Assembly (NCBI GenBank): GCA_029776205.1
Contig: JAKOTQ010000082.1
Location: 2,909 to 66,908, forward strand
Reading direction: 5' to 3'
Origin: Bacillota bacterium
GTDB taxonomy: Bacteria; Bacillota; UBA4882; UBA8346
Length of the DNA: 64,000 bases
Shown here in pieces: positions 30,293 through 40,373 of this stretch (position 1 is the first letter of the stretch; each line of letters opens with the position of its first letter). A model generated the notes under the pieces. The model saw nothing but the letters and a program-made list of their open reading frames with translations. It had not been told where the DNA came from and ran no database searches. The position numbers and the translations under genes are program-made.

Positions 30293-31318
30293 CTATTGGA
30301 TGATTCCCCGGACCAGATTGGAAAACTCGATTCCTTCCTCGTGATAACGTTGGTGTAACCGTTTGATGAATTCATGCCTGATGGGAAATTGGTCGGTAAA
30401 CTCATTGATTCGGAATGAAACCACAATTTTAATGCCGGTTTCGAGATAAGCATTAAATCGTACCACAGGCTCTACCTCGGCAACCCCTCCAGGGATGTCA
30501 CGCAGCACCGCTTTAGCTACTTCTTTAGTTACCGCTTCCACCTTTGCCAGGTCGTTTTTAAAGGATATAAATACTTCAACCGGGAAGGACATCTGAGACG
30601 TTGGTTGCTGAAAGTTGGTAATGATTGCTCCGGCTAATTTGGCATTGGGAATGATCACCAAGTTATTGGCTAACAAACGAATCGTCGTCGTGCGCCAGGA
30701 AATATCTGTGACAACCCCTTCTTCCCCGCTGCTTAATTTGACATAGTCACCCGGCTTAAACTGCCGGGCAGCGATCAACTGTAATCCGGAAAAAAGATTG
30801 GATAATGTATCTTGCAAAGCCAATGCAACGGCAAGACCTCCAACGCCTAATGCCGTCAATATCGGAGTGATTGAAATCCCTAATGCTTGCAGCGAGATGA
30901 GAATACCGATCCCAAATACAACCGCCCGGGCCAAATTAGTAAAGATCGAAACCGAAGGCAGATTGGCACTTTCCCGCTTGGTGTAATTCGTCATAAATCC
31001 ACTAACGGTAGCTGAACCTATCGCCGTCACAATGATAATGGCTGCAATTTGCAAAAACTTATGAACGATTTGAAGGTAAGCCGGTTTTAACGGCAACCCT
31101 AAACTGGCTCCGTATAATCCTCCTAAAATAAACAGATAGATCATTTTACCGCGTAATGCATGAATAATCACTGTATCATTGCTCCACCGGATTTTCGCCA
31201 TTAAACGTTGTAATTTTGCCAAAACAATCCGTTCAAAAATAATTCCGGCAGCCCAGCCAGTGATAGCAGTCAGTAACGGAGCAATATAAATATGAATTTC
31301 ATCGAGAAAATTCATCAA
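30293..31318 (-). CDS. MscS-family mechanosensitive channel
   Basis: 341 aa with TM helices followed by an MscS beta-domain (FKPGDYVKL..GEEGVVTDISWRTTTIR). Confidence 0.9.
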   Translation of the reverse strand: MMNFLDEIHIYIAPLLTAITGWAAGIIFERIVLAKLQRLMAKIRWSNDTVIIHALRGKMIYLFILGGLYGASLGLPLKPAYLQIVHKFLQIAAIIIVTAIGSATVSGFMTNYTKRESANLPSVSIFTNLARAVVFGIGILISLQALGISITPILTALGVGGLAVALALQDTLSNLFSGLQLIAARQFKPGDYVKLSSGEEGVVTDISWRTTTIRLLANNLVIIPNAKLAGAIITNFQQPTSQMSFPVEVFISFKNDLAKVEAVTKEVAKAVLRDIPGGVAEVEPVVRFNAYLETGIKIVVSFRINEFTDQFPIRHEFIKRLHQRYHEEGIEFSNLVRGIIQ

Positions 31319-31956
31319 ATACCTCCTGTTTCAGATGGAAAAGATATTCTGGCAATAACCCGGACCAGCGAAGCCTCTGCATGAATTTTTAACGGTATGG
31401 CTATCAATTCTATAGAATCTTTCCCTTCCAATTGACCCAAACCAGTTAAATTTTCGATAATGAAAATATCTTTGGTCAATAAAAGTTTATGGATTTCAAA
31501 CGGCGCTTTATCCGGCGAGGGCATATCCAAACCAATCAACTTCACCCGCTTTTCAATGAGAAACTCCGCCAATTTCCGATCAAGCACCGGATGTTCCCGG
31601 TAATATCTATCTTCCCCATAGTAGCGATCCCAGCCGGTATAAAAAAGGACAATATCTCCAAAAGCAATTTTCTTTTGATAATCCGGATGATAATGAATAA
31701 TGTCCCGGCCCCGAACATCCACCAATACGGCTTTTCCCATGAAATGCTCCACAGGTATTTCAGAGATCCTTTTCCCACCTTCAACGAGATGCATCGGCGC
31801 GTCCACATGGGTTCCGATATGCATCCCGCATTGAAGCTGATAAGCCACATAACCGTCGGAAGTTAATTCTTTAATCCGTTCTAAACGCGGGCGGGGATCG
31901 CCGGGATAAGCCGGAATCCCGTCGTCGATCGGATGAGACAGATCAAACCAGCCCAT
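31315..31956 (-). CDS. Cyclase-family protein (arylformamidase/kynurenine formamidase-like)
   Basis: 213 aa with the HIGTHVDAPMH metal motif. Confidence 0.85.
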   Translation of the reverse strand: MGWFDLSHPIDDGIPAYPGDPRPRLERIKELTSDGYVAYQLQCGMHIGTHVDAPMHLVEGGKRISEIPVEHFMGKAVLVDVRGRDIIHYHPDYQKKIAFGDIVLFYTGWDRYYGEDRYYREHPVLDRKLAEFLIEKRVKLIGLDMPSPDKAPFEIHKLLLTKDIFIIENLTGLGQLEGKDSIELIAIPLKIHAEASLVRVIARISFPSETGGI

Positions 31957-32734
31957 GGTTCTCTCCTTCTCTTTTTACCGGATTTATAAAAGCGCAGGGA
32001 ACATTAGCTAAACACTTGCCGCAAACATCGGCCAGTCCTAACGTTGAAAAACGGTCGGCATTATCGAGACAACGTTCATAACACCGATGTCGATTATAAG
32101 TTTCGAATGTTAAAGCCCCGTTTGGGCATTGCCGGACACACCGCCCGCAGGTACCGTTCTTTCGATAAAGGCAATTTTCCTGATCTGAACGGGACGTAGG
32201 TTCCAGTTTTAAGTTGGTCACGATACTTCCCAACCTTCCCGAACAGCCCCGATCCGTGATTAACATCTGATGTAACCCGAACTTACCTAGTCCGGCGATA
32301 TATCCAATGTGTTTATGGGACCAATCGCTGACCAGTGTCTTCTCGTCAAAATTATGGGTGGCCGGTAGGTTTGAACTGGCATATCCGCGTTGCTTTAATT
32401 GTTCCTGAACATATCCATTTAAATCCCGGATTAACCGGTTAGTTTCGATATAAGCCCTTGCCCAGGCTTCAGAACTATATTCAAACTCACCATTGGAAAG
32501 ATTAATTTCCCTATCAAAGGGTATAAAGTAGGCGATCACCGTTTGCGCATCAGCGACAAAATCCGTCGGTAGAGCATGGGTCGGACTGACAACTTGCTTA
32601 AGTTGGGAAAATAGCGGATCATCCGCAGCAGCAAAGGCTACCAACGGTTCCTGCCACCGGGTCACCGTTTGCTTCTTTTCAGGATATTCTCGAACAAAAT
32701 TAATAATTTCATGTTTCAACTCGAACGTATTCAT
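31943..32734 (-). CDS. QueG/reductive-dehalogenase-like 4Fe-4S dicluster protein
   Basis: 263 aa with CGRCVRQCP and CGKCLANVPC cluster motifs. The N-terminal region resembles the epoxyqueuosine reductase fold. Confidence 0.65.
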   Translation of the reverse strand: MNTFELKHEIINFVREYPEKKQTVTRWQEPLVAFAAADDPLFSQLKQVVSPTHALPTDFVADAQTVIAYFIPFDREINLSNGEFEYSSEAWARAYIETNRLIRDLNGYVQEQLKQRGYASSNLPATHNFDEKTLVSDWSHKHIGYIAGLGKFGLHQMLITDRGCSGRLGSIVTNLKLEPTSRSDQENCLYRKNGTCGRCVRQCPNGALTFETYNRHRCYERCLDNADRFSTLGLADVCGKCLANVPCAFINPVKREGENHGLV

Positions 32735-32876
32735 CGTATACTCCCAGATATAATACCATGTTTTTCTTTGTTGCGTTAAAAAATTCCTGCAAACTCCCGT
32801 AAAGTTAAAATCGGCTTAACCGCATTCATTTGGGTATTTCTGGTACCATTAAAGCAAAGAGTGTCGCTAAAATCAA

Positions 32877-32899
32877 TAAAAAAACCGCCGAAGCGGTTA
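32877..32899 (-). terminator. Intrinsic terminator of pgm
   Basis: Stem AACCGC/GCGGUU with a UUCG loop, followed by U7. It overlaps the stop codon. Confidence 0.7.
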
Positions 32900-34543
32900 A
32901 TTTAAACCTAAATAAGCATCGATTTCTTCAGATGCTTTTCTGGCAGTCTCCAGGGTTTCCCCACGTTCTTCCCGATAATCCTTGATGATATTTTCAGTAC
33001 CGGAAGCGCGTTTTAGCACCCAAACGTCTCCCTCAAGCACGACTTTGATTCCATCCCCGATGACCAACCGTTCGATGGAGCGTCCGGCAATTTTCCGGTT
33101 AGCCAGCAACCTGCGGACCTCATCCGGATCAGAAGCCAATTGCAACAGGCGTTTTTTCTGTTCCGATTGGGCCGGCTTGTCTTTTCGCTCGTATTGATAA
33201 GGGCCATATTGATTCACCAACTCCTTATAAAGTGTCCCGATATCTTTGCCGGTTTTCGCCATCACTTCCATCATAAGCAAGACAGCAGCAATGCCGTCTT
33301 TTTCGGTGACCCACAAACTGCCGTCCCGGCGCGGTAACGACAATCCAGCGCTTTCTTCGCCAGCCAGCACATATTTTCCGGCCATTAAGCCAGACACATA
33401 ATGTTTGAATCCAACATTTACTTCATAAACAGGTCTGCCGTAATGAGCGGCAATCCGATCCAGCATATGCGTTGTACCGATGGTCCGGCCTACGCCCATA
33501 TTGGGATTAAATCCACGGTTAGCTGCGAGGTAATCAAAGAGCACGCAGAGGACGTGATTTGGATTTAAAATCCCGGTACTGTCTTCACCGCCGAAACGGT
33601 CAGCATCATTATCATTAGCGCCGATAAAGGGAACGCCCAATTGGTTCCGAATCCCTTGAACAGCCCGCATCACATATTCCGATGCTGGGTCTCCCCTAAG
33701 TCTTCCGTCCCAATCATAGGACCGGCTGGAACAGGTCGGATCTTCTTCAGAGAGGACCACTTCGATTTGAGTGCCATAGTGATCATTGACCGCTTCATAA
33801 TAACCATAAGCCGAACCCCCCAGAGGCGTCACAGCAAAGCGTTGGGTTTTGATGACATCCATATCGACGACACTGGCCAAATCTTTAATATACGGATTAA
33901 GTAAATCGATCTCTTCCACCAGGCCTTCTTCCAATGCCTGGCGATACGGAATCCGTCGAATACTCTCTTGATGCTGCAGATAATAATTGGCTTTCTCGTC
34001 AATGGGCTTAGTGTTGGTATTTGGCCCCCCATCCAGTCCGTTACTTTTATACCCGGCATCATCGGGAGGATTATGGGAAGCAGTGATAATCACTCCTTCA
34101 ATCTTTTGTCCTTGCGCAACTCGAGTGAGGATCGCGTGGGAGATCACCGGCGTCGGCGTACTCCGGTTTTTCTTATGGACCAAAGCCTTCATCCCGTTTC
34201 CGGCGAATACCTCAACAGCGGTTTCCTCAGCCAAATCCGAAGCAAACCGCACATCTTTGCCGACGATCACCGGTCCCAGTTCCTGGTTTACCAGACGTTC
34301 CGGCAGATAGGGTCCAAAGGTTCCCTTCTCCTTCCGAATATCCACTAACGCCTGGGTCATCGCTGCCACATGAGCTTCAGCAAATCCCTTGCCAATCAGC
34401 CCGCGGTGACCCGAAGTCCCGTTCTTAACCGGTTCTAATGGTTCCTCCGGATGATAATAACGCTCCGAGATCTCTTCTTTCGTTAATAAATCTTCCGCCC
34501 GGGCCTTTTGACCAGCCAGCGGATGAATCAATTTATCCGACAT
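32897..34543 (-). CDS. pgm: Phosphoglucomutase (alpha-D-phosphohexomutase family)
   Basis: Phosphoserine loop TASHNPPDDAGYK and Mg loop GANDNDADR. Start set at the MM pair (34543/34546) after AGGAGG. The ORF-track extension overlaps the upstream gene. Confidence 0.9.
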   Translation of the reverse strand: MSDKLIHPLAGQKARAEDLLTKEEISERYYHPEEPLEPVKNGTSGHRGLIGKGFAEAHVAAMTQALVDIRKEKGTFGPYLPERLVNQELGPVIVGKDVRFASDLAEETAVEVFAGNGMKALVHKKNRSTPTPVISHAILTRVAQGQKIEGVIITASHNPPDDAGYKSNGLDGGPNTNTKPIDEKANYYLQHQESIRRIPYRQALEEGLVEEIDLLNPYIKDLASVVDMDVIKTQRFAVTPLGGSAYGYYEAVNDHYGTQIEVVLSEEDPTCSSRSYDWDGRLRGDPASEYVMRAVQGIRNQLGVPFIGANDNDADRFGGEDSTGILNPNHVLCVLFDYLAANRGFNPNMGVGRTIGTTHMLDRIAAHYGRPVYEVNVGFKHYVSGLMAGKYVLAGEESAGLSLPRRDGSLWVTEKDGIAAVLLMMEVMAKTGKDIGTLYKELVNQYGPYQYERKDKPAQSEQKKRLLQLASDPDEVRRLLANRKIAGRSIERLVIGDGIKVVLEGDVWVLKRASGTENIIKDYREERGETLETARKASEEIDAYLGLN

Positions 34544-34628
34544 CATGAGCCTCCTTGGAACAATATCAAACCCGTCTTGGATAGAGTTTCCATAAGCAGT
34601 ATACCCAAAATTTAGAGTTTTTGCAAAA

Positions 34629-35165
34629 CTATTTCCGGTCAAAGAAGGGATTTTTCGGGCCGGCACTCAATGGAATACCGTAAACAACCTTCACATCGTC
34701 TCCTAAAAGTTTCATTTCCCGAACAGCCATGCCCACCGTATACATGATCCGGTTATCAACCCGGGCCTCCATGGCAACACTAACGGCCGAACCGATGGCA
34801 ATGCCAAGATCACCGGTATTAAAAGCACAGGGATGTTCAGGATGCTCGTTTCGTTCGGCACAATTCTTAAATCCGCAAAGCCCACAGTATTTTAAGCCGA
34901 TGGCATTCAGTTTCGTTCCGATGAGTACCATGGCTTCGGCTTCCAATATATTTCTGGCATCACGGCTGAACCCGGGAAGATCTTCCCGTTCGGCCATTTC
35001 CTTCATCTTCGCAGCAATCTCTTGGATCACATCTTTTTCAACGACCCCAATGACCAGATTGTCAACGCCTCTTCCCTTTGGCGCAGTCCGGGCCGCTATA
35101 GCCATCCTCTCAGCAACCTGACGGACCGCTTGTGCCCGTAAATCTTCCTCCTTATAGAATCCCAT
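34629..35165 (-). CDS. DUF2148 ferredoxin-like domain protein
   Basis: Motifs CGLCGFKNCAE..HPCAF. Start moved to the ATG at 35165 (MGFYKEED), 8 nt after AAGGAGA. Confidence 0.75.
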   Translation of the reverse strand: MGFYKEEDLRAQAVRQVAERMAIAARTAPKGRGVDNLVIGVVEKDVIQEIAAKMKEMAEREDLPGFSRDARNILEAEAMVLIGTKLNAIGLKYCGLCGFKNCAERNEHPEHPCAFNTGDLGIAIGSAVSVAMEARVDNRIMYTVGMAVREMKLLGDDVKVVYGIPLSAGPKNPFFDRK

Positions 35166-35440
35166 GTTATCGTTCTCCTTTCCCATCTGAATTTAAGCAG
35201 TAGCTTCCATAATGAACTTCTCCAAATAGCAAGCAACCCCATCTTCATCGTGGGATAAAGTTACGTAGATTTTCTTTTATCATTCTGCTTATGCTGATTT
35301 ATTCCGCATCATACCGTTCCGGCTGCCACATTCTCTGTAAAGTGCTACGTTGACTGCGAATCAACGCCAGTATATCCTGGTCCGTAATCCTTTGTTTCAA
35401 GATATTCTCCACTTAAATCAATTTATCGAAAGAGAACTCT

Positions 35441-36124
35441 TCATACTATACCTTTCTCTTTTAACTGCTGAGCAATAATGGCTGCCATGACGGTAGCTCC
35501 CATTTCGTTAAAATGGGTATTATCGTCCACGCCTTCCGGGAAACCGGGATATAACCCGCCAGGTACTTGGACAAAGAACTTACGGCATTCTTCCAATCCC
35601 ACTTCATTGTATAAGTTCATCGTTATTTCCGTCATGTCGATAAGCGTCACATTCAGCTGTTGAGCCAATTCCCGCATAGCCTCAGTATAAGGATAATGAC
35701 TGTTAAAAAGAACTCCGTTTCTGACGGAACGGCGGCTCACTGAAGTCAACAGAACCGACACCGCCCCTTTTTCACGGGCTAAGTTAATATACTCCGTCAA
35801 ATACTGCTGATACGTTGTGAAAGGATCAGTCCGTCGGTATTCTTCCGGTTTATTGTCATTGTGGCCAAACTGAATCAGTAAAATATCATTCGTTTTGATT
35901 TCCCGTTTAATAATATCAAACCAGCCTTCGTTGATAAAACTTTTGCTACTCCTGCCTCCCTGAGCCAAATTGATAATCCGGTATCCCTCCGGTAAAAAGT
36001 GCGGAAGTTGTTGCCCCCATCCCATCTGTGGATACTGTTCACCGGAATATGTTTTAGCCGTCGAATCTCCGGCAATAAAGATAGTACGACGGTTTAAATA
36101 ATTCATCGCTTCAGTCGGAATCAT
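35441..36124 (-). CDS. SGNH/GDSL hydrolase (rhamnogalacturonan-acetylesterase-like), cytoplasmic
   Basis: Motifs IFIAGDSTA, GGRSS, GHND and DNTH. Start set at the ATG at 36124 after GGAGGAG. No signal peptide. Confidence 0.8.
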   Translation of the reverse strand: MIPTEAMNYLNRRTIFIAGDSTAKTYSGEQYPQMGWGQQLPHFLPEGYRIINLAQGGRSSKSFINEGWFDIIKREIKTNDILLIQFGHNDNKPEEYRRTDPFTTYQQYLTEYINLAREKGAVSVLLTSVSRRSVRNGVLFNSHYPYTEAMRELAQQLNVTLIDMTEITMNLYNEVGLEECRKFFVQVPGGLYPGFPEGVDDNTHFNEMGATVMAAIIAQQLKEKGIV

Positions 36125-36239
36125 CGTGCTACTCCTCCGTCGGTAAATATTGACATTCATTATCGTTATTAATTCTATCATTATTCAGATTTTCTTCCAA
36201 GCTCAATCCATATTTTATTTCAGATCACTCTTAAATTTA

Positions 36240-36271
36240 TAAAAAATGAGTACCGCTGAAAACGGTACTCG
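36240..36271 (-). terminator. Intrinsic terminator of the acyl-CoA synthetase gene
   Basis: Stem GAGUACCG/CGGUACUC followed by a U-run on the minus strand. Confidence 0.7.
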
Positions 36272-36301
36272 ATAAATCTTCATATGTCCAATGTTATCGT
36301 T

Positions 36302-37957
36302 TTATTCCTGGCGATCTTTATCCCGGATCTCCACCCGGCGGATTTTACCGCTGATGGTCTTGGGAAGTTCATCGACGAACTCGATAATCCGCGGATATTT
36401 ATAAGGGGCTGTCACCCTTTTCACATGTTCCTGCAATTCGACTTTAAGCTCTTCACTGGGTGAATATTTCGAAGTCAACACGATGGTGGCTTTCACCACT
36501 TGACCCCGTACCTCATCCGGCACGGCAGTTACAGCACATTCCAACACAGCCGGATGTTCCATCAAAGCGCTTTCAACCTCAAAAGGCCCGATACGGTAAC
36601 CGGAGCTCTTGATCACGTCATCGGTCCGGCCGACAAACCAGAAATAGCCGTCTTCATCTTTCCAGGCCGTATCTCCGGTATGATATAAGCCGTCATGCCA
36701 AACATTCTTAGTCCGTTCGGGATCACGATAATATCCGTCGAAGATGCCAACCGGCTTTTTATTGTCTGTCCGAACCACGATTTCGCCAATCTCTCCGACC
36801 TCGCAGGAACGTCCGTTTTCATCCACGATATCCACATCATATCCGGGAGACGGCCGGCCCATGGAACCGGGTTTTGGCTCCATCCAAGGGTATGTTGCTA
36901 AAGTCACGGTAAGCTCCGTTTGGCCGTAACCTTCCCGAAGCTTTAGTCCGGTTAATTTATAAAATTGATTATATACTTCCGGATTAAGGGGCTCACCGGC
37001 TACCACGCAATACTCCAGGCTGCTTAAATCATATTGGGAAAAATCTTCTTTGATCAAATACCGGTAAATGGTCGGAGGCGCACAGAAGGTCGAAATCCGA
37101 TATTTTTCGATCATTTTCAACAAATCTTTGGGAACAAATTTATTGAAATCATAGACAAACACAACAGCCCCGGCCAACCATTGGCCATACAGCTTACCCC
37201 AGACCGATTTGGCCCATCCGGTTTCGGAAACAGTCAAATGCAGTTTATCCTCCCTGACACACTGCCAAAACTTTGCAGTCAGGATATGGCCCAACGGATA
37301 AGTGAAATTATGCTGGACCATCTTTGGATAACCGGTGGTACCGGAGGTAAAGTAGAGCAGCATCATATCATCGTTGGTTGTCATCTCACTGCCGGTCGGT
37401 TTCTCAAAAACATCGGAAGCTTCCTGTAAGGCTTTATCAAAATTGATCCAGCCTTCCCTCTCTCCGCCGACCAGAGCTTTAAGGGTCAACACCGGACATT
37501 CCTGTTGGGCTTCGTCAATATGTTCGACCACTTCATCGCCAGCACAGGCCACAATCATTTTGATGCTGGCAGCATCAATACGATAGGTTAAGTCTTTCTT
37601 CTTCAACAAGTGAGTGGCCGGGATACAGACCGCACCGATCTTATGTAAGGCGATAATACAGAACCAAAATTCATAGCGGCGTTTTAAGATTAACATCACG
37701 GGATCGCCCTTTTTGATCCCGACGGATCTGAAGAAGTTCGCAGCTTTATCGCTGTAATATTTCATATCCCCGAAGGTAAACTTCGCTTCATTCCCTTGAT
37801 CATCACACCAGACCATAGCCACTTTGTTCGGAGAAATTCTTGCCCATTCATCCACAACATCATAGGCAAAATTGAAATTTTCAGGAACTTTAACTTCGAA
37901 GTTCTGTTTAAAATCTTCGTACGAGCTATAGTTTAGATTTACATATTTTTCAAGCAT
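36302..37957 (-). CDS. AMP-forming acyl-CoA synthetase (medium-chain/ACSM-like)
   Basis: 551 aa with the AMP-binding motif [51 protein letters not shown] and the terminal lysine SGKIRR. Confidence 0.9.
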   Translation of the reverse strand: MLEKYVNLNYSSYEDFKQNFEVKVPENFNFAYDVVDEWARISPNKVAMVWCDDQGNEAKFTFGDMKYYSDKAANFFRSVGIKKGDPVMLILKRRYEFWFCIIALHKIGAVCIPATHLLKKKDLTYRIDAASIKMIVACAGDEVVEHIDEAQQECPVLTLKALVGGEREGWINFDKALQEASDVFEKPTGSEMTTNDDMMLLYFTSGTTGYPKMVQHNFTYPLGHILTAKFWQCVREDKLHLTVSETGWAKSVWGKLYGQWLAGAVVFVYDFNKFVPKDLLKMIEKYRISTFCAPPTIYRYLIKEDFSQYDLSSLEYCVVAGEPLNPEVYNQFYKLTGLKLREGYGQTELTVTLATYPWMEPKPGSMGRPSPGYDVDIVDENGRSCEVGEIGEIVVRTDNKKPVGIFDGYYRDPERTKNVWHDGLYHTGDTAWKDEDGYFWFVGRTDDVIKSSGYRIGPFEVESALMEHPAVLECAVTAVPDEVRGQVVKATIVLTSKYSPSEELKVELQEHVKRVTAPYKYPRIIEFVDELPKTISGKIRRVEIRDKDRQE

Positions 37958-37981
37958 CTGCCTCAGCCTTTCTTTTACTCA

Positions 37982-38536
37982 TTAAAGAATCATTGCCAAA
38001 AATTTTGCAGGTTTCCCATTTAATGCTTTCATCCCATGGGGAACGCTGGAATCATAATATAAAGAATCTCCTTCATTTAAAATAACTTCATACCCGCCAA
38101 CCACAATTTTTAAAGTGCCTTCCAACACATAATCAAATTCTTGACCGGGATGGCTGTTAAGGCTTACCGGCACATCGTCACCATCCGGCTCAACGGTAAC
38201 CAGGAAGGGTTCGGCTTTTTTATGAACAAAATTACTCGCCAAACTTTTGTACTTATATTCTTTCCGCCGTTCCACCGAAACTCCCCCGCCATTGCGGGTC
38301 AAAGCATAAATATGCAGTCGCGGTTCCTCGCCGGTCAGCAATGAAGACAAATGAATATTAAACTTATGAGCGATCTGATAAAGGATGCCTACCGGAATAT
38401 CCACGGTACCGCTTTCATACTGTTCATATAATTCCAGAGAAATTGACAATTCTTTCGCCATATCCTCGGCTGAAATCCCGTAAATATCGCGCAAACCTTT
38501 AATACGTTCCGCAATCTGTTTAATCTGTTCTTCCAT
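37982..38536 (-). CDS. XRE-family HTH regulator with C-terminal cupin domain
   Basis: HTH segment (IKGLRDIYGISAEDMAKELSISLELYEQYESG) plus a cupin (HPGQEFDYVLEGTL...GDSLYYDSSVPHG). Start at the ATG at 38536 after AAGGAG. Confidence 0.85.
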   Translation of the reverse strand: MEEQIKQIAERIKGLRDIYGISAEDMAKELSISLELYEQYESGTVDIPVGILYQIAHKFNIHLSSLLTGEEPRLHIYALTRNGGGVSVERRKEYKYKSLASNFVHKKAEPFLVTVEPDGDDVPVSLNSHPGQEFDYVLEGTLKIVVGGYEVILNEGDSLYYDSSVPHGMKALNGKPAKFLAMIL

Positions 38537-38668
38537 CCCTTTGACTCCTTTCGTATCGGAGTTACACCACATCCGATTGGTATATAGTATTATTGTATAA
38601 CATATTATCGTTGGATAAAAGAGTTTTCTGTTATTTACCGAAAAATAAATGTTAAATTGACTTTCAAC

Positions 38669-38998
38669 TTACCACTTTTTAAAAACAAAAAACACCGCCA
38701 GCAAAATCAGGAGAAAGCCTACAATGTAGTTCCATTTCAAACTTTCTTTGAGATAAAGCACTGAAAAGACTGAAAAAACCACCAAGGTGATGACTTCTTG
38801 CATCACTTTTAACTGTGCTGCAGAAAACTGGGTGTGACCTAAACGGTTGGCCGGAACCTGAAAACAATATTCCACAAAAGCAATCAACCAGCTGATAATG
38901 ATCACCTGAAAAAGCGGCGTATCTTTAAATTTCAAATGGCCGTACCAGGCGAAAGTCATAAAGATATTGGAAATTGTTAACAAGACAATCGTCAGCAT
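38669..38998 (-). CDS. DMT-superfamily small membrane protein (DUF486)
   Basis: 109 aa with 4 TM segments, starting MLTIVLLTISNIFMTFAWYGHLKF. Confidence 0.75.
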   Translation of the reverse strand: MLTIVLLTISNIFMTFAWYGHLKFKDTPLFQVIIISWLIAFVEYCFQVPANRLGHTQFSAAQLKVMQEVITLVVFSVFSVLYLKESLKWNYIVGFLLILLAVFFVFKKW

Positions 38999-39023
38999 CT
39001 GTTTTCTCCCTCTCTATAAATTC

Positions 39024-39050
39024 CAAAGGAAAAGCCCGCCTCCGGCGGAC
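39024..39050 (-). terminator. Intrinsic terminator ending the pur operon
   Basis: Stem GUCCGCC/GGCGGGC followed by UUUUCCUUU on the minus strand. Confidence 0.65.
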
Positions 39051-39058
39051 TTCATTTA

Positions 39059-40333
39059 TTACTTCTTAATATAACGGTTTAATTCCCGTCTGGCAATATC
39101 CTTACGGTAAATCATCCCTTCGAAGTGAACTTTTTCTACGTCGGCATATACCCCTTCAATCGCCGATTGAATATTTTCGCCGACATGAACAATATTTAGT
39201 ACACGGCCCCCAGCAGTAACCAGTCCCTGATCCGCTGTTTGTTTCGTTCCGGCGTGAAATACCAGTGAATTTTGGATGGTATCTAAACCATCAATGGTTA
39301 TTCCCGTTTGATAAGCCCCAGGATAACCGCCGGAAGCAAGAACCACACATACCGCAACCTGATCCTGTTTCCACCGGACTGACTTCGGATCCAGACATCC
39401 GTTGGCCGCATCTTTAAAGACTTGCGCCAAATCGCTGTCCAACAACGGAAGCACCACTTGGGTTTCCGGATCCCCAAAACGCACATTATACTCGATTACT
39501 TTGGGACCTGTTTTGGTTAACATCAAGCCTAAAAACAAAGTCCCTACAAAAGGAGTTCCTTCCAAAGCCATCGCCTTTAGCGTAGGATTGAGAATCTCAT
39601 TCACAATCCGTTCCATCACATCCGGCGTGACAGCGGATGTCGGAGCATAGGTTCCCATCCCGCCGGTATTCGGGCCGGTATCTCCATCGCCGATCCGCTT
39701 ATGATCCTGTGCCGGAATCATCGGTATCCCAATATTACCGTCACAGAAAGCTAACAGCGATGCCTCCTCGCCCTCCAAATATTCTTCAATCACGACCGTT
39801 GCGCCGGATTCGCCAAAAATCTTGGCTGTCATCATATCGTCCACGGCTTTCAGAGCTGTTTCAACATCAAAGGCAACGACAACACCCTTACCGGCTGCTA
39901 AACCGTCGGCTTTCACCACGATCGGCGCTCCTACCTGCCGAATATATGCTTTTGCCGACTCTGCATCGGAGAAACTTTCAAATTTGGCCGTAGGAATGTT
40001 ATACTTTTTCATAAATGCTTTGGAAAAAGCTTTGCTGGACTCCAAACGGGCTGCTAGCTTAGTTGGCCCGTAAACGCACAATCCGGCCTTCTGAAATACA
40101 TCCACGATACCATCGGCCAAATAAGCTTCCGGACCGACCACCGTCAAATCGATTCCGTGATTGATGGCAAATTCTGTTAACACATGAATGTTTTGAAAGG
40201 AAATATTTTCAGCAATGGCAGCTGTCCCGCCATTCCCCGGCGAACAGTATATTTTCGACACTTGAGGGCTCTGAGCAAGTTTCCAGGCGATCGCATGTTC
40301 CCGACCGCCATTTCCGATGATTAATACTTTCAA
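39059..40333 (-). CDS. purD: Phosphoribosylamine--glycine ligase
   Basis: 424 aa. MKVLIIGNGGREHA and an ATP-grasp fold. TTG start after AAAGGAGA. Confidence 0.97.
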   Translation of the reverse strand: MKVLIIGNGGREHAIAWKLAQSPQVSKIYCSPGNGGTAAIAENISFQNIHVLTEFAINHGIDLTVVGPEAYLADGIVDVFQKAGLCVYGPTKLAARLESSKAFSKAFMKKYNIPTAKFESFSDAESAKAYIRQVGAPIVVKADGLAAGKGVVVAFDVETALKAVDDMMTAKIFGESGATVVIEEYLEGEEASLLAFCDGNIGIPMIPAQDHKRIGDGDTGPNTGGMGTYAPTSAVTPDVMERIVNEILNPTLKAMALEGTPFVGTLFLGLMLTKTGPKVIEYNVRFGDPETQVVLPLLDSDLAQVFKDAANGCLDPKSVRWKQDQVAVCVVLASGGYPGAYQTGITIDGLDTIQNSLVFHAGTKQTADQGLVTAGGRVLNIVHVGENIQSAIEGVYADVEKVHFEGMIYRKDIARRELNRYIKK

Positions 40334-40373
40334 GGACAGGTCTCCTTTCGGCAGGGTTTCAGCTCAACCTTAT

